Source of the DNA: Nitrospinota bacterium
GTDB lineage: Bacteria; Nitrospinota; Nitrospinia; Nitrospinales; VA-1
Assembly (NCBI GenBank): GCA_038108555.1
Contig: JAYNIA010000005.1
Span: 1-64,000, forward strand
DNA length: 64,000 nt
Direction of reading: 5' to 3'
A program made the translations under genes and the position numbers. Below, piece after piece: positions 38,538-50,040 of the stretch (its first letter is position 1; every line of letters begins with the position of its first letter). The notes below the pieces were generated by a model. That model did not search any database. It saw only the letters and a program-made list of their open reading frames with translations, and had not been told where the DNA came from.

Positions 38538-39809
38538 TCAAGAGTTCATAGTCGACAGAAATTCTGCGTTCGTTTTTGATTCCTTAATTTTCTGCAAGAG
38601 AAGGTCCATCGTATCATGAATGCCCATGGGTAGCAAAACTTTTCTCAATAGCCAGACGCGCTGGAGATCCGCCTCGGGAAGAAGAAGCTCCTCTTTTCGA
38701 GTGCCTGAGCGGTTGATATCGATGGAGGGGAAGGTTCTCTTATCCGCCAGTTTGCGGTCGAGAACGATTTCCATGTTACCCGTACCTTTAAATTCTTCAA
38801 AAATAACATCGTCCATTCGGCTGCCTGTGTCAACCAGGGCAGTGGCTATAATGGTAAGGCTTCCACCCTCTTCCAGGTTTCTGGCCGCACCAAAGAATCT
38901 CTTCGGTCGTTGCAAGGCATTGGAATCGACACCGCCTGACAATACTTTTCCGCTGGGAGGAACTATGGCGTTATAAGCTCGAGCCAGCCGGGTAATACTG
39001 TCGAGTAAAATTACGACGTCGCGCTTGTGTTCTACCAACCTTTTAGCCTTTTCAATGACCATTTCCGCCACCTGTACATGTCGCTGGGCCGGTTCATCAA
39101 AGGTGGAGCTGATTACCTCGCCCCGAACCGAGCGCTCCATATCTGTCACTTCCTCCGGCCTTTCATCAATCAGAAGAACGATCAAGGCGATTTCCGGATA
39201 ATTGGTACTGATGCTGTTTGCAACCGATTGCAGCAACATGGTTTTACCCGTACGGGGAGGAGCAACAATAAGTCCGCGTTGTCCTTTTCCAATTGGCGTC
39301 ATCAGGTCCATGACCCGGGCGCTGTAATCCTTCCCACCGGGCGTTTCCAAACGAATGCGCTCTTCAGGATAAAGTGGAGTGAGATTATCGAATAATATTT
39401 TGTCTTTGGTCTTGTCGGGATTCTCAAAGTTGATGGCCTCTACCTTCAACAAAGCAAAGTAGCGCTCACTGTCTTTCGGAGGCCGAATCTGACCGGAGAT
39501 GGTGTCTCCGGTTCGCATGTCAAATTTTCTGATTTGCGAAGGAGAAACATATATATCATCGGGACCCGGCAGATAATTATAAGTCGGTGCCCTTAGGAAA
39601 CCGAACCCATCCGGTAGTATCTCCAATACCCCCTGGCCAAACATCAAACCATCTTTTTCGGTCTTGGCCTCCAGGATTCTGAAAATCAGGTCCTGCTTTC
39701 TGAGACCACTGTGGCCCTGGATTTTCAAATCTTTGGCAATATTAGTGAGCTCGGATATGGTTTTAGACTTGAGTTCTTCGATGTTCATTTGTGTCATGGC
39801 TTGTGGCAT
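38538..39809 (-). CDS. rho: Transcription termination factor Rho
   Basis: [39 protein letters not shown]. Confidence 0.98.
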   Translation of the reverse strand: MPQAMTQMNIEELKSKTISELTNIAKDLKIQGHSGLRKQDLIFRILEAKTEKDGLMFGQGVLEILPDGFGFLRAPTYNYLPGPDDIYVSPSQIRKFDMRTGDTISGQIRPPKDSERYFALLKVEAINFENPDKTKDKILFDNLTPLYPEERIRLETPGGKDYSARVMDLMTPIGKGQRGLIVAPPRTGKTMLLQSVANSISTNYPEIALIVLLIDERPEEVTDMERSVRGEVISSTFDEPAQRHVQVAEMVIEKAKRLVEHKRDVVILLDSITRLARAYNAIVPPSGKVLSGGVDSNALQRPKRFFGAARNLEEGGSLTIIATALVDTGSRMDDVIFEEFKGTGNMEIVLDRKLADKRTFPSIDINRSGTRKEELLLPEADLQRVWLLRKVLLPMGIHDTMDLLLQKIKESKTNAEFLSTMNS

Positions 39810-39983
39810 CTTTGAGGTGAGAGTAAGACCGATCTGGTTTTGTTTTTGGTGGATTTTAAATCAGGTAGCGTAAATCAATTTAAAATGGTTTCTAAAATAA
39901 CTAACGGCGAAAGCTAGAAAAAATTTAGCTGATATGTGATTGGATTTTTTAGGGATATGTCAGGGAGCTTTCGGAGCTTACTC

Positions 39984-40012
39984 ACTCTATCCAGTTCTTT
40001 CCCATTTGTCAA
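39984..40012 (-). promoter_or_regulatory. sigma70 promoter of rho
   Basis: TTGACA-17 nt-TAGAGT on the minus strand, about 170 nt upstream of rho. Confidence 0.7.
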
Positions 40013-40190
40013 CCCCTTTCTACCATTTCAACCGAACCGCATTAATCTTCTGATCACTTTTCCATTGGAATTGTTTTTAAAAACGGAGGATCGCAAAAGA
40101 CCCATCCCCCGGGTTGACTCATCAAAGTTTGGCAGGCAAAATAGCCCCCGATATTCAAAACCATTACCCTGAACATTTAAGGATAGCTTC

Positions 40191-40607
40191 ATGGCTAATA
40201 CAAAAAGCAAAAGAGATGACACTCATCAATGTGAAAAATGCCTTCCGGCTTATTGCTGTAATTATTTTGCATTTGGAATAGATGAACCTGAAGACCGGCG
40301 CGACTATGAAAGCCTTTTATGGAAAATTGCCCATGAAAATGTTTCCATTTATATTTACCGTCAAGACTGGTTCATCATGATCCATAATCGATGCAATTTT
40401 TTAATGCCTGACAACAAATGTGCCATTTATGAGCACCGTCCCTATATGTGCCGTGAACACAGCACCGAGTCCTGCGAATATACCGGGGATGACTATGGCT
40501 TTACAGAGCACTTCAAAAGCTATGATGATTTGTTGATGTATATTAAGGAAAACACCAATTTCAGGTTTAAGCACGGACCAACGGGGGTGGGACCCAACTG
40601 CCTTTAG
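40191..40607 (+). CDS. YkgJ-family (CxxCxxCC-like) cysteine cluster protein
   Basis: CEKC..AYCC; CNFL..DNKCAIYEHRPYMCR. Confidence 0.88.
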   Translation: MANTKSKRDDTHQCEKCLPAYCCNYFAFGIDEPEDRRDYESLLWKIAHENVSIYIYRQDWFIMIHNRCNFLMPDNKCAIYEHRPYMCREHSTESCEYTGDDYGFTEHFKSYDDLLMYIKENTNFRFKHGPTGVGPNCL

Positions 40608-40619
40608 GAGTACCTTTTA

Positions 40620-41192
40620 CTATTTATCTTCTTTTTTCTTTGCGGCAGGTTTTTTGGGCTCAGCTTTCTTTTTGGTCTCTTTTTTTGGTTTTTCTTCGGC
40701 TTCTTTTTTTGTTTCTTTTTTATCCGCAGCTTTTTTCTCGGTCGCCTTCGGCTTTGTTTCTTTTTTAGCTGCGGCTTTCTTAGGAGCCTCTTTTTTTGCG
40801 GCTTCCTTTGTTTTTTGCGGAGCGGGGGCTTCCCCTTCCCGGTCTACCAGTTCGATGAAGGCCATTGGAGCATTGTCACCGCGTCGAGGCCCTATCTTGA
40901 TAATACGGGTATACCCTCCCGGACGGTTGGCATAACGTTCTGCAAGATCTCCGAATACTTTATGCACCGCTTCTTTTTGCGGTGCCAATTTGAAAGCCAG
41001 TCTCCTCGCATGGAGTGTTCCTTTTTTACCCAAAGTAATCGTCTTCTCTACTTTTCCGCGAAGCTCTTTGGCTTTAGCCAGAGTAGTTCTGATTCTTTCT
41101 CTCTGGATCAAGGCTCCGACCAGATTGCGAAAAAGCGCTTTCCTGTGGGCGGAAGTTCTCCCGAATTTTCTACCTGCTTTCAAATGCCGCAT
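40620..41192 (-). CDS. rplQ: 50S ribosomal protein L17 with K/E/A-rich C-terminal extension
   Basis: [28 protein letters not shown]. Confidence 0.97.
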   Translation of the reverse strand: MRHLKAGRKFGRTSAHRKALFRNLVGALIQRERIRTTLAKAKELRGKVEKTITLGKKGTLHARRLAFKLAPQKEAVHKVFGDLAERYANRPGGYTRIIKIGPRRGDNAPMAFIELVDREGEAPAPQKTKEAAKKEAPKKAAAKKETKPKATEKKAADKKETKKEAEEKPKKETKKKAEPKKPAAKKKEDK

Positions 41193-41218
41193 TGGGGGTT
41201 TTGCTCCTTAAAAAATAC

Positions 41219-42247
41219 TTATTGTTCAGGTTCAGCTTCTACTTCTTTTTTCTTCTGAGCCTGACTGATTTGTTTTAAATCTTCTTCTTCAACCTTCATA
41301 CCCAGATGGAGGCCCATCTCTTCGAGAATTTCTTTGATTTCATTCAAAGATTTTCTACCAAAGTTTCTCGTTTTGAGCATTTCACCATCTGTTTTGGTCA
41401 CCAATTCTGCAATGGTCTGGATGTTGGCATTCTTCAAACAATTGTAGGAGCGAACGGAAAGCTCAAGCTCTTCTACACATTTAGCCATATTGCCCAGCAT
41501 CTTCTGTTTTTTCTCATCCACCTGTGGCATGACCGGTTCAGGCTCTTCATCAAAGTTGATGAAAATCTGCATATGGTCTTTTACAATTTTTGCAGCATGT
41601 GCCACCGCATCTTCGGGTGTAATACCGCCATTGGTCCACAGTTCCATGACCAGTGAATCATAGTCACTGGACTGTCCCACCCGGGTGTTTTCCACATGAT
41701 AGGAAATTTTTTCAATGGGTGAGAAGTTGGCATCAATCGGAATCATTTGCACAGATTCATTTTCGATAACATGCTTGTCGGCCGATACATATCCGCGACC
41801 TTTCCTGACAATCATTTCCATATCCACTTTGGCACTCTGGTCAATGGTCAGAATTACATGATCGGGATTCAGAATTTCAACATCCGGATCGGCAACAATA
41901 TCTTTGGCACAAACCGTCCCTGCTTCCGATGCCTTTATATAGATTCGTTTGGAATCTGCCTCACCTGTCAATTTGAGGTTAAGCTGCTTGATGTTGAGGA
42001 TGATCTCGGTAACATCTTCAACCACTCCAGGGATGGAAGAGAACTCATGGAAGATTCCCTCAAACTTAACCGCTACAACCGCCGCCCCTTCAATAGAAGA
42101 CAGAAGCATTCTGCGGAGAGAGTTTCCGATGGTTACTCCAAATCCACGTTCGAATGGACCTGCACTTAATTTTCCGTAATATTCAGACCGGTTTTTCTTA
42201 TCAAATTCTAATCGCTTAGGTTTAACGATACCCTGGGCTGTGAACAT
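41219..42247 (-). CDS. rpoA: RNA polymerase alpha subunit
   Basis: [37 protein letters not shown] 42247 follows GGAGG. Confidence 0.97.
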   Translation of the reverse strand: MFTAQGIVKPKRLEFDKKNRSEYYGKLSAGPFERGFGVTIGNSLRRMLLSSIEGAAVVAVKFEGIFHEFSSIPGVVEDVTEIILNIKQLNLKLTGEADSKRIYIKASEAGTVCAKDIVADPDVEILNPDHVILTIDQSAKVDMEMIVRKGRGYVSADKHVIENESVQMIPIDANFSPIEKISYHVENTRVGQSSDYDSLVMELWTNGGITPEDAVAHAAKIVKDHMQIFINFDEEPEPVMPQVDEKKQKMLGNMAKCVEELELSVRSYNCLKNANIQTIAELVTKTDGEMLKTRNFGRKSLNEIKEILEEMGLHLGMKVEEEDLKQISQAQKKKEVEAEPEQ

Positions 42248-42306
42248 AAAGCCTCCGACCCCAAATTCGGGTCTCATCAATTGTTAATTATTTAGTGAAT
42301 GACTGC

Positions 42307-42933
42307 TTATCTTGAATAGAGTTCTACAATCAACTGTTCTTCAATCGGCAACTTAACATCGTCCCTTGTAGGCATACTTTGAACAATCCCTTGTTTGCTA
42401 TCCGAATCAAACGAAAGCCATTCGGGCAGGGTTTTTTCTTTAATATTTGCAATTGCCTCATTTACGGGTTTCTTTTTACTTTTGTTGGGATTGGGCGTGA
42501 TAACATCCCCCTGCTTAAGAATATAAGAAGGGACGTTCATTTTCTTTCCATTAACATTGAAATGTTTATGGCGCACCAACTGGCGAGCAGCATTTCTGGA
42601 AGGTGCCAGTCCCATTCGGTATATCACATTATCAAACCTTAATTCCAGGTTTTGCAGCAGATTTTCACCCGTAACCCCTTTTTTTCTATCTGCTTTAAAA
42701 AAGTAGTTTCGAAAAGGTTTTTCTAAAACACCATAAATTCGTTTTACTTTTTGCTTTTCACGAAGCTGGATGCCATATTCAGAGAACTTGGTGCGTCCCT
42801 GTCCATGTTGGCCGGGAGGATAGGCTCTTTTTTCAATAGCACATTTCGCCGTCTCACAACGGGAACCTTTTAAATATAGTTTTATTCCCTCTCGCCGACA
42901 AAGTCGACAAACAGAACCTCGATACCTGGCCAA
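42307..42933 (-). CDS. rpsD: 30S ribosomal protein S4
   Basis: [30 protein letters not shown] start. Confidence 0.98.
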   Translation of the reverse strand: MARYRGSVCRLCRREGIKLYLKGSRCETAKCAIEKRAYPPGQHGQGRTKFSEYGIQLREKQKVKRIYGVLEKPFRNYFFKADRKKGVTGENLLQNLELRFDNVIYRMGLAPSRNAARQLVRHKHFNVNGKKMNVPSYILKQGDVITPNPNKSKKKPVNEAIANIKEKTLPEWLSFDSDSKQGIVQSMPTRDDVKLPIEEQLIVELYSR

Positions 42934-42961
42934 ATTCAGCTTCTCCTTTCAGGATTAAACA

Positions 42962-43351
42962 TTAGACTCTTCTCCGTTTTCTGGGACGGCAACCATTGTG
43001 TGGAATGGGTGTCTTATCTCGAATAACGAGAATTTCCATTCCAGCAGCTTGCAGGGAACGGATCGCAGACTCACGTCCGGACCCCGGACCTTTTACATGA
43101 ACTTCAAGTTTTCTCATTCCCATATCCCGCGCTTTGACAGCCGCTTTGTCGGCAGCCACCTGGGCAGCAAAGGGAGTGCTTTTTCTCGATCCCTTAAAAC
43201 CCTGTGCTCCAGCACTTGACCAAGACACCACATTTCCAGACATATCTGAAATGGTGATGATGGTATTGTTAAAAGTTGCACGAATATGTGCGACCCCTAC
43301 CTCGGGAGCAGTTTTTTGTTTTTTCTTACCGGTTTTGGATTTTTTATCCAT
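42962..43351 (-). CDS. rpsK: 30S ribosomal protein S11
   Basis: [26 protein letters not shown]. Confidence 0.98.
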   Translation of the reverse strand: MDKKSKTGKKKQKTAPEVGVAHIRATFNNTIITISDMSGNVVSWSSAGAQGFKGSRKSTPFAAQVAADKAAVKARDMGMRKLEVHVKGPGSGRESAIRSLQAAGMEILVIRDKTPIPHNGCRPRKRRRV

Positions 43352-43384
43352 TAAATTTCTTTCTCCAGATTTTTAATTACGTCC

Positions 43385-43756
43385 CTATTTCTTGGCACGG
43401 GCTCCGACCGTTTTCTTCGGACCTTTTCGAGTTCGCGCATTCGTGTGAGTTCTTTGTCCATGGACGGGCAAACCCCTTCGGTGCCTGAGACCTCGATAGG
43501 CACTTATATCCATCAGTCGCTTGATGTTCAAGGTCACATTTCGTCTAAGGTCCCCTTCCACTTCATATTCTTTATCTATGATATTTCGGATTCGCGTCAC
43601 CTCTTCCTCCGTCAAGTCCTTCATCCTTATGGTTTCACCCACTTGGGCTTTTTGAAGGATCTCTTTTGAGGTGGTCCTGCCTACCCCATAAATATAGGTC
43701 AGGGCAATCCAGGCCGGTTTTTCTTTTGGAATATCAACACCTGCTATTCGTGCCAC
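43385..43756 (-). CDS. rpsM: 30S ribosomal protein S13
   Basis: [31 protein letters not shown]. Confidence 0.98.
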   Translation of the reverse strand: MARIAGVDIPKEKPAWIALTYIYGVGRTTSKEILQKAQVGETIRMKDLTEEEVTRIRNIIDKEYEVEGDLRRNVTLNIKRLMDISAYRGLRHRRGLPVHGQRTHTNARTRKGPKKTVGARAKK

Positions 43757-43766
43757 GGTTTCTCCT

Positions 43767-43880
43767 TTAGCCTTGTCGCTGTTTATGTTTCGGGTTTTCG
43801 CAAATCACCCGTACCACCCCGCGACGGCGAATTACTTTACATTTCATGCAAATAGGTTTGACAGAAGCTCTTACTTTCAT
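43767..43880 (-). CDS. rpmJ: 50S ribosomal protein L36, not in the ORF track
   Basis: Manual translation [37 protein letters not shown]. Confidence 0.98.
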   Translation of the reverse strand: MKVRASVKPICMKCKVIRRRGVVRVICENPKHKQRQG

Positions 43881-43894
43881 AATCCTAATCCTTC

Positions 43895-44113
43895 TTATTT
43901 GTATCTATAAGTGATTCGACCCCGGGTCAAATCGTAGGGGGATAACTGCACTTTCACCTTGTCGCCGGAAAGTATGCGAATGAAATGCATGCGCATTTTC
44001 CCTGAAATATGCGCCAATACCTTGTGGCCATTTTCCAGCTCAACGCGGAACATTGCATTCGGCAATGGTTCCAGAATTGTACCCTCTACTTCTATCGATT
44101 CTTCTTTAGACAT
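43895..44113 (-). CDS. infA: Translation initiation factor IF-1
   Basis: [23 protein letters not shown]. Confidence 0.98.
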   Translation of the reverse strand: MSKEESIEVEGTILEPLPNAMFRVELENGHKVLAHISGKMRMHFIRILSGDKVKVQLSPYDLTRGRITYRYK

Positions 44114-44116
44114 TCG

Positions 44117-44758
44117 TCATTCAATCATCCCACAGATTCGAGAAAAAATTTCTTCGACGGAACCCTTTGCAGCAACCGTTTTCAGGTTTCCCTCACCGCT
44201 ATAAAACTCTTTAAGAGGAGCGGTTTCCTCTGCGTACACTTTTAGTCTCTTCTCTATCGTCTCCCGGTTATCATCTGGCCTTTGGGCCAGAGTGCCGCCA
44301 CAGGCGTCACATATACCGGGCTTTTTGGGCGGACGTGATTTTTGATGGAACATTGCTCCACAATCAGAACAAGTGCTACGCCCTACCAACCTTTCGACAA
44401 CCTCACCCTGATCCACTTCCAGGTCAATAACGCTGTCTATCCCCAGACCCAGGCCATTCAAAGTTTCTGAAAGCATTTTTGCCTGGGCATTATTCCTGGG
44501 AAACCCATCCAGAATGAATCCGTTTTCACAATCTTCCAGGCGAATTCGTTCTTTAATCATGCCCATGACGACATCATCAGGCACTAACTGTCCTGCATCC
44601 ATAACCGATTTGGCACGGGCTCCCAATTCGGTATTATCCTTTACCGCCTGTCTTAAAATATCCCCGGTGGAAATTTGCGGGATATGAAATTTTTCTTTCA
44701 GCAATTGTGCCTGGGTACCCTTCCCGGCACCCGGGGGTCCTAAAAGAATCAATCTCAT
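44117..44758 (-). CDS. adk: Adenylate kinase with zinc lid
   Basis: GPPGAGKGTQ, ISTGD, LDGFPR, CSDC...CDAC. Confidence 0.97.
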   Translation of the reverse strand: MRLILLGPPGAGKGTQAQLLKEKFHIPQISTGDILRQAVKDNTELGARAKSVMDAGQLVPDDVVMGMIKERIRLEDCENGFILDGFPRNNAQAKMLSETLNGLGLGIDSVIDLEVDQGEVVERLVGRSTCSDCGAMFHQKSRPPKKPGICDACGGTLAQRPDDNRETIEKRLKVYAEETAPLKEFYSGEGNLKTVAAKGSVEEIFSRICGMIE

Positions 44759-44761
44759 CGA

Positions 44762-46075
44762 TTAGCCTCTTCGGCTTTTCAAACGCCCCTTTTTCACAAA
44801 ACCATCGTAATTTCTCATTACCAAGTGGGACTCTATTTGTTGCATAGTATCCAAGGAAACGCCCACCACGATCAACAAGCTGGTTCCACCGAAGTAAAAC
44901 GGAATGTTGAAGTATTTTATCAAATAATCTGGCAAAATACAGACTAAAGACAGATACAGCCCCCCATAGAACGTGAGTCTTGAGAGAATCGTGTCGATGT
45001 ACTCGGATGTTTTTGTACCCGGTCGAATTCCTGGCACATATCCACCGTGCTTTTTCATATTGTCAGCAACATCTACGGGATTGAAAATAACCGCCGTATA
45101 GAAGTAACAAAAGAAAAATATAGCACCTACAAAAATCAAACTATATATGATCGTCCCCGGGGTCAATGCGGCTGAAACCGACTGCATCCAGGGATGACTG
45201 ATAAACTGCGCAATTGTCGCCGGAAACATGATGATCGATGAGGCAAAAATCGGCGGAATAACCCCCGATGTGTTCACCTTCAATGGCAGATGCGTAGACT
45301 GCCCGCCCATCATTTTCCTCCCCACTACCCTTTTTGCATACTGGATGGGGATACGACGTTGCCCTCCTTCTGTAAAAACAATGGCCCCGACAACAACCAC
45401 CATTAAAACCAGAAGAAAAAGCATAACGAGCACTGACATTTCGCCTGTACCCATTAAATCCAAAGACTGAAATATTGCTGAAGGTGTCCCAGCAACAATC
45501 CCGGAAAAGATAATCAGGGAAATACCGTTACCAATTCCCCTTTCCGTAATTTGCTCCCCCAACCACATCAGGAACGAAGTTCCCGCAGTAAGCGTAATGA
45601 TCGTCATCAATCGGAACGACCAACCGGGTTCCGGAACAATGGGGCTGCCCCCGGGGCTTTTCATTGCTTCAAGCCCAACTGCAATACCAGATCCTTGTAT
45701 GGTACTCAATAACACCGTTCCATAACGGGTGTATTGAGTAATCTTTTTTTGCCCTTGTTCTCCCTCCTTTTTCAATCTCGCCAGGTAGGGTGAAACAATG
45801 GTCATCAGCTGCAAAATAATGGATGCGCTGATATAGGGCATGATACCCAATGCAAATATGGTCAACCGGCTCAATGCACCGCCGGAAAACATATCAAAAA
45901 AACCAAGAATGGTTCCCTGGGCTCGGGCAAACAATTCTGCCAAAGCTACAGAGTTGATCCCCGGAGTGGGTATATGCGCCCCGATCCGGTAGACCACCAG
46001 CAATCCCAGAGTAAAAAGAATTCTCTTTTTTAACTCTGGAACTCGAAATATATTACCGAAACTTTCTGCGGCCAT
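44762..46075 (-). CDS. secY: Preprotein translocase subunit SecY
   Basis: [46 protein letters not shown]. Confidence 0.98.
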   Translation of the reverse strand: MAAESFGNIFRVPELKKRILFTLGLLVVYRIGAHIPTPGINSVALAELFARAQGTILGFFDMFSGGALSRLTIFALGIMPYISASIILQLMTIVSPYLARLKKEGEQGQKKITQYTRYGTVLLSTIQGSGIAVGLEAMKSPGGSPIVPEPGWSFRLMTIITLTAGTSFLMWLGEQITERGIGNGISLIIFSGIVAGTPSAIFQSLDLMGTGEMSVLVMLFLLVLMVVVVGAIVFTEGGQRRIPIQYAKRVVGRKMMGGQSTHLPLKVNTSGVIPPIFASSIIMFPATIAQFISHPWMQSVSAALTPGTIIYSLIFVGAIFFFCYFYTAVIFNPVDVADNMKKHGGYVPGIRPGTKTSEYIDTILSRLTFYGGLYLSLVCILPDYLIKYFNIPFYFGGTSLLIVVGVSLDTMQQIESHLVMRNYDGFVKKGRLKSRRG

Positions 46076-46516
46076 TTAGAGGTTTACAGCCTTTCCCCCG
46101 GACTTTTCAATTTTTGCCTGGGCTGATCCGCTGAACTTGTGCGCATGCACTGTGAGCGATTCCTTCAACTCCCCTGCCCCAAGAATTTTTACGGCTCCTG
46201 TCTTTTTTATCAACCCCTTTTCCTTCATGACTTCAGGGGTTACCGGGTCAGCGCCTGCGCATTTTGCAAGTTGCTCTACATTCACAATTTCATAATACTT
46301 CTTGAAAATATTCGTGAACCCGCGCTTGGGCAGCCTTCGGTAAAGCGGCATCTGGCCTCCCTCAAACCAGGGGGGCATTTTTCCTCCAGAGCGACTATTT
46401 TGCCCCTTTTGCCCCTTGCCTGAGGTCTTTCCAGTTCCAGACCCTATTCCACGACCGATCCGCTTCCGGTTTTTCCTTCCACCCGCCGGTCCTTTTAAAT
46501 TAGATAATTGCAACAT
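46076..46516 (-). CDS. rplO: 50S ribosomal protein L15
   Basis: GRGIGSG.GKT, FEGGQMPL.RRLPKRGF. Confidence 0.97.
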   Translation of the reverse strand: MLQLSNLKGPAGGRKNRKRIGRGIGSGTGKTSGKGQKGQNSRSGGKMPPWFEGGQMPLYRRLPKRGFTNIFKKYYEIVNVEQLAKCAGADPVTPEVMKEKGLIKKTGAVKILGAGELKESLTVHAHKFSGSAQAKIEKSGGKAVNL

Positions 46517-46529
46517 ATATTTTCCTCGA

Positions 46530-47021
46530 TCAACCTACCTTTTTGCCCCTGGCCCGGGCGTAGTCCTTGGCACTTCGAAGGTCCATCAGACCCTGAATGG
46601 TAGCCTTCACCACATTGTGCGAATTATTGGTGCGCAAACATTTGGTGAGGATATCTCGAACCCCTGCCGCTTCCAATACCGCGCGTACCGCACCCCCAGC
46701 AATCAACCCTGTTCCTCTAGAGGCCGGCTTTAACATAACCCTTCCCGAACCATAAGCACCAATAACCTCATGCGGGATGGAGGAGCCATCAAGACTCACG
46801 GTAACTAGACTTTTCTTGGCCTTTTCAACTCCTTTGCGAATGGCTTCAGGAACTTCATTGGCCTTGCCCAAACCCCAACCCACTTTACCTTCACGGTTGC
46901 CAACTACAACCAGAGCGCTGAAGCTGAACCGTCGACCGCCTTTTACTACCTTGGCGACGCGGTTGATTTTTACTACCTTGTCAACAAATTCTGTTGGATT
47001 TTCCGGTTGCTTTTGTCGCAA
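46530..47021 (-). CDS. rpsE: 30S ribosomal protein S5
   Basis: [19 protein letters not shown] 47021 follows GGAGGAAGG (ORF track starts at 47036). Confidence 0.97.
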   Translation of the reverse strand: MRQKQPENPTEFVDKVVKINRVAKVVKGGRRFSFSALVVVGNREGKVGWGLGKANEVPEAIRKGVEKAKKSLVTVSLDGSSIPHEVIGAYGSGRVMLKPASRGTGLIAGGAVRAVLEAAGVRDILTKCLRTNNSHNVVKATIQGLMDLRSAKDYARARGKKVG

Positions 47022-47138
47022 ACCTTCCTCCTGCAATTTTTGAGGATTTCTTTTAACTCGCTAATTCTTTTCTCAGGCAATTCGCTTCCCCTTCGGGTCT
47101 GCTCATGGCCAAAAACAAGTTTTAGAAATTCTCCTGGA

Positions 47139-47504
47139 TTAAAATTTAATACCTTTTTCCCGAACCGCATCGGCCAGGGCTTTGATTCTTCCTGAATAGT
47201 GAAAACCGTTCCTATCACAATAAACTTCTTTAATACCTTTAGCTGCTGCCTGCTCACCAATCATGGAACCGACCAACGCAGCCGCTTTTAAATTTCCACC
47301 GGTTTTCATCTGCTCTTTAAATCCTTTGGTCAAGGACGAGCTGGAGACCAGGGTTTTTCCTTCATTGTCATCCACAATCTGCGCGTAAATATGTTTGGTA
47401 CTGCGGAAAATGGTCAGCCGGGGACGATTTTTCTGCTTTTGCACCTTCAGCTTGATTCTTCTTTTTCTGCTGAGTCGTAACCGTTCACGCTCTAATGTTT
47501 TCAT
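47139..47504 (-). CDS. rplR: 50S ribosomal protein L18
   Basis: RPRLTIFRS.KHIYAQ, DRNGFHYSGRI. Confidence 0.97.
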   Translation of the reverse strand: MKTLERERLRLSRKRRIKLKVQKQKNRPRLTIFRSTKHIYAQIVDDNEGKTLVSSSSLTKGFKEQMKTGGNLKAAALVGSMIGEQAAAKGIKEVYCDRNGFHYSGRIKALADAVREKGIKF

Positions 47505-47505
47505 C

Positions 47506-48057
47506 TTACGATCCCTTTCCTACCGCAGCTTTTCCTGCCTTACGAATAATCCTTTCATCTGCGTACATCACGCCTTTTCCCTTATAAGGCTCAGGTGGAC
47601 GAAAACCGCGGATTTCGGCAGCGGTTTGACCCACAACTTCCTTATTGATTCCTTTAACAATAATGGTGTTCTTTTTGCCATCGACCTCAAACTCGATTCC
47701 TTTTGGAGCCGGGTAATTGATCGCATGCGAATGCCCCAGGTTTAACTCGAGGTCTTTTCCCTTCAAAGCAACCTTATAACCCACACCCACAACATTGAGT
47801 TGTTTTGAGTACCCATTCGAAACACCCAAAATCATATTATTGATCAGGGTTCTAGTCAGGCCGTGTAACGAACGGTCGGTCCGGCCATCCGAAGGTCGAG
47901 TGACTGTCACTACATTATCCTTCATCTCGATCTTCATATTCGGATGCATATCGCGCGACAGTTGGCCCTTGGGACCTTTGACGTCCACCTTACTGCCATT
48001 GATCTTGCATTCAACCCCTGAGGGAACCGTTATTGGTTGTTTTCCTATTCGAGACAT
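47506..48057 (-). CDS. rplF: 50S ribosomal protein L6
   Basis: MSRIGKQP, RPPEPYKGKG. Confidence 0.98.
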   Translation of the reverse strand: MSRIGKQPITVPSGVECKINGSKVDVKGPKGQLSRDMHPNMKIEMKDNVVTVTRPSDGRTDRSLHGLTRTLINNMILGVSNGYSKQLNVVGVGYKVALKGKDLELNLGHSHAINYPAPKGIEFEVDGKKNTIIVKGINKEVVGQTAAEIRGFRPPEPYKGKGVMYADERIIRKAGKAAVGKGS

Positions 48058-48126
48058 TTTAATTTTTCCATTTCACCGGGTTTCCCCGGTCATTCAAAAT
48101 TCCTCTTTTCAGAGGAAAATTCATTT

Positions 48127-48519
48127 TTACCAGATATGACCCAGAACCTCGCCACCAACACCCTTTTCACGGCATTGCTCATCTGTAAAAACACCAGATG
48201 ATGTTGAAACAATAGCCAGCCCCAACCCATTCAGAACCTTGGGAACCGTATCACGCTTCACATAATGCCTTCGGCCCGGTTTGCTGATTCTTTTAATTCC
48301 GCGAATAACAGGCTCATCATTTTGATACTTCAAATACACACGGAGAATCCCCTGCTTACCATCATCGTAGTGTCGGAAATTTTTGATATAACCTTCCTCT
48401 TTCAAAATTTCCACGATTCGTTTTTTCATTTTGGACCCGGGAACATCTATTCGCGGATGTTTCACCATTAACCCGTTACGAATTAGGGTAAACAAATCGG
48501 CTATAGGATCGGTCATCAT
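48127..48519 (-). CDS. rpsH: 30S ribosomal protein S8
   Basis: [22 protein letters not shown]. Confidence 0.97.
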   Translation of the reverse strand: MMTDPIADLFTLIRNGLMVKHPRIDVPGSKMKKRIVEILKEEGYIKNFRHYDDGKQGILRVYLKYQNDEPVIRGIKRISKPGRRHYVKRDTVPKVLNGLGLAIVSTSSGVFTDEQCREKGVGGEVLGHIW

Positions 48520-48602
48520 TGTACGACGGTACTCCAAAAATTTTTCTAATTCATCCTGTCAAACAAGACAGAACATTCAGTCTTTTTTTGCCAGAAGCAA
48601 GA

Positions 48603-48788
48603 CTACCAACTTGCCTTGGTAACCCCTGGAATTTCACCACGCAATGCTCTCTCGCGGAAACAAATGCGGCACATACCAAATTTCCTGAGGTAGCCTCTGG
48701 GTCGACCACAAATGTTGCATCGGTTATATGTTCGAACAGAAAACCGAGGGGCTCTTTTTTGTTTAGCTATTAATGCTTTTCTTGCCAT
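48603..48788 (-). CDS. rpsN: 30S ribosomal protein S14, zinc (type Z) form
   Basis: 61 aa; RCNICGRP...CRICFRE; GVTKASW. Confidence 0.97.
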   Translation of the reverse strand: MARKALIAKQKRAPRFSVRTYNRCNICGRPRGYLRKFGMCRICFRERALRGEIPGVTKASW

Positions 48789-48792
48789 ACCT

Positions 48793-49332
48793 TTACTTTC
48801 TTAAGGGAAGTCCCATATGGGTCAGCAGGCATCTGCCCTGCTCATCATTTTTAGCAGTCGTTGTGATCGTGATATTCATCCCCTTGATCTTTTCAATTTT
48901 ATCGAAATTGATTTCAGGGAAGATCAACTGCTCTTTCAATCCAATCGTATAGTTTCCTCTTCCATCAAATGCCTTTGGCGGCAGTCCTTTAAAATCACGT
49001 ACGCGCGGTAGGGCAAAACAAACCAGCCTTTCCCAAAACTCATACATTCGATTGCCCCGCAACGTAACTTTCAGTCCAATAGGAACACCTTCACGCAACT
49101 TAAAGTTAGAGATGGATTTCTTTGCCCTGGTTACCACCGGAGCCTGGCCGGTAATAACCTTCATTTGTTCAATTCCAGATTCTATCAACTTGGAATTTTG
49201 CAACGCTTCACCCAGCCCCATATTTACAGTGATCTTTTCCATTTTGGGAACTTCCATCACGTTACCCAAACCAAGATCTTTCTGGATCTGAGCTTTATGC
49301 TTTTCTATATATGCTTTTTTAAAATTTGCCAT
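48793..49332 (-). CDS. rplE: 50S ribosomal protein L5
   Basis: [20 protein letters not shown]; start at MANFKK. Confidence 0.97.
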   Translation of the reverse strand: MANFKKAYIEKHKAQIQKDLGLGNVMEVPKMEKITVNMGLGEALQNSKLIESGIEQMKVITGQAPVVTRAKKSISNFKLREGVPIGLKVTLRGNRMYEFWERLVCFALPRVRDFKGLPPKAFDGRGNYTIGLKEQLIFPEINFDKIEKIKGMNITITTTAKNDEQGRCLLTHMGLPLRK

Positions 49333-49333
49333 G

Positions 49334-49672
49334 CTATACCTTATCCAACACATCTCCGGTTTTGGAACACACGCGAACCCGCTTACCATCAGCCAGCTTT
49401 TTAAGCTTGGTCCGAACCCCTTTCCCAGCTTTATCGCTTACCAATAAAACATTGGAGATATGGATTGTTCCTTCTTTTTCAACAATAGACGATTGCCGGG
49501 ACTTACCATCCCCTTTGGTATGGCGCTTTAACATATTCAGTTTTTCGACGGTCACCCTTTGGGTAGAGGGAAAGATGGCAAGTATTTTTCCTTTTTTGCC
49601 CTTTTCTTTTCCGGCGATAACTTCAACGATATCGTCTTTTTTCAAATGTAATTTATAACCTGCCTTTTTCAC
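49334..49672 (-). CDS. rplX: 50S ribosomal protein L24
   Basis: [20 protein letters not shown]. Confidence 0.96.
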   Translation of the reverse strand: MKKAGYKLHLKKDDIVEVIAGKEKGKKGKILAIFPSTQRVTVEKLNMLKRHTKGDGKSRQSSIVEKEGTIHISNVLLVSDKAGKGVRTKLKKLADGKRVRVCSKTGDVLDKV

Positions 49673-50040
49673 TACAGTACCTCCGGCGCAAGCGATAGAA
49701 TTTTCATATAACTTTTCGCGCGCAACTCCCTGGCCACAGGACCAAAGATACGAGTACCTACAGGATCTTTTCCATCTCCAATCAGAACCGCTGCATTGCT
49801 ATCGAATTTGATATAGGTTCCATTTGACCGTCGAATTTCCTTGCGCGTACGAACCACCACCGCTTTTTTAACTTCACCTTTTTTCAGATTACTTTGCGGA
49901 TCAACCTCTTTTACCGCCACAACGATCACATCCCCAATACTGGCGTACCTTCGACGAGATCCCCCCAGGACTTTGATACACTGGACCACCTTCGCCCCGG
50001 AATTGTCTGCAACTTCCATAACGGTTCTTAACTGAATCAT
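49672..50040 (-). CDS. rplN: 50S ribosomal protein L14
   Basis: [27 protein letters not shown]. Confidence 0.98.
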   Translation of the reverse strand: MIQLRTVMEVADNSGAKVVQCIKVLGGSRRRYASIGDVIVVAVKEVDPQSNLKKGEVKKAVVVRTRKEIRRSNGTYIKFDSNAAVLIGDGKDPVGTRIFGPVARELRAKSYMKILSLAPEVL

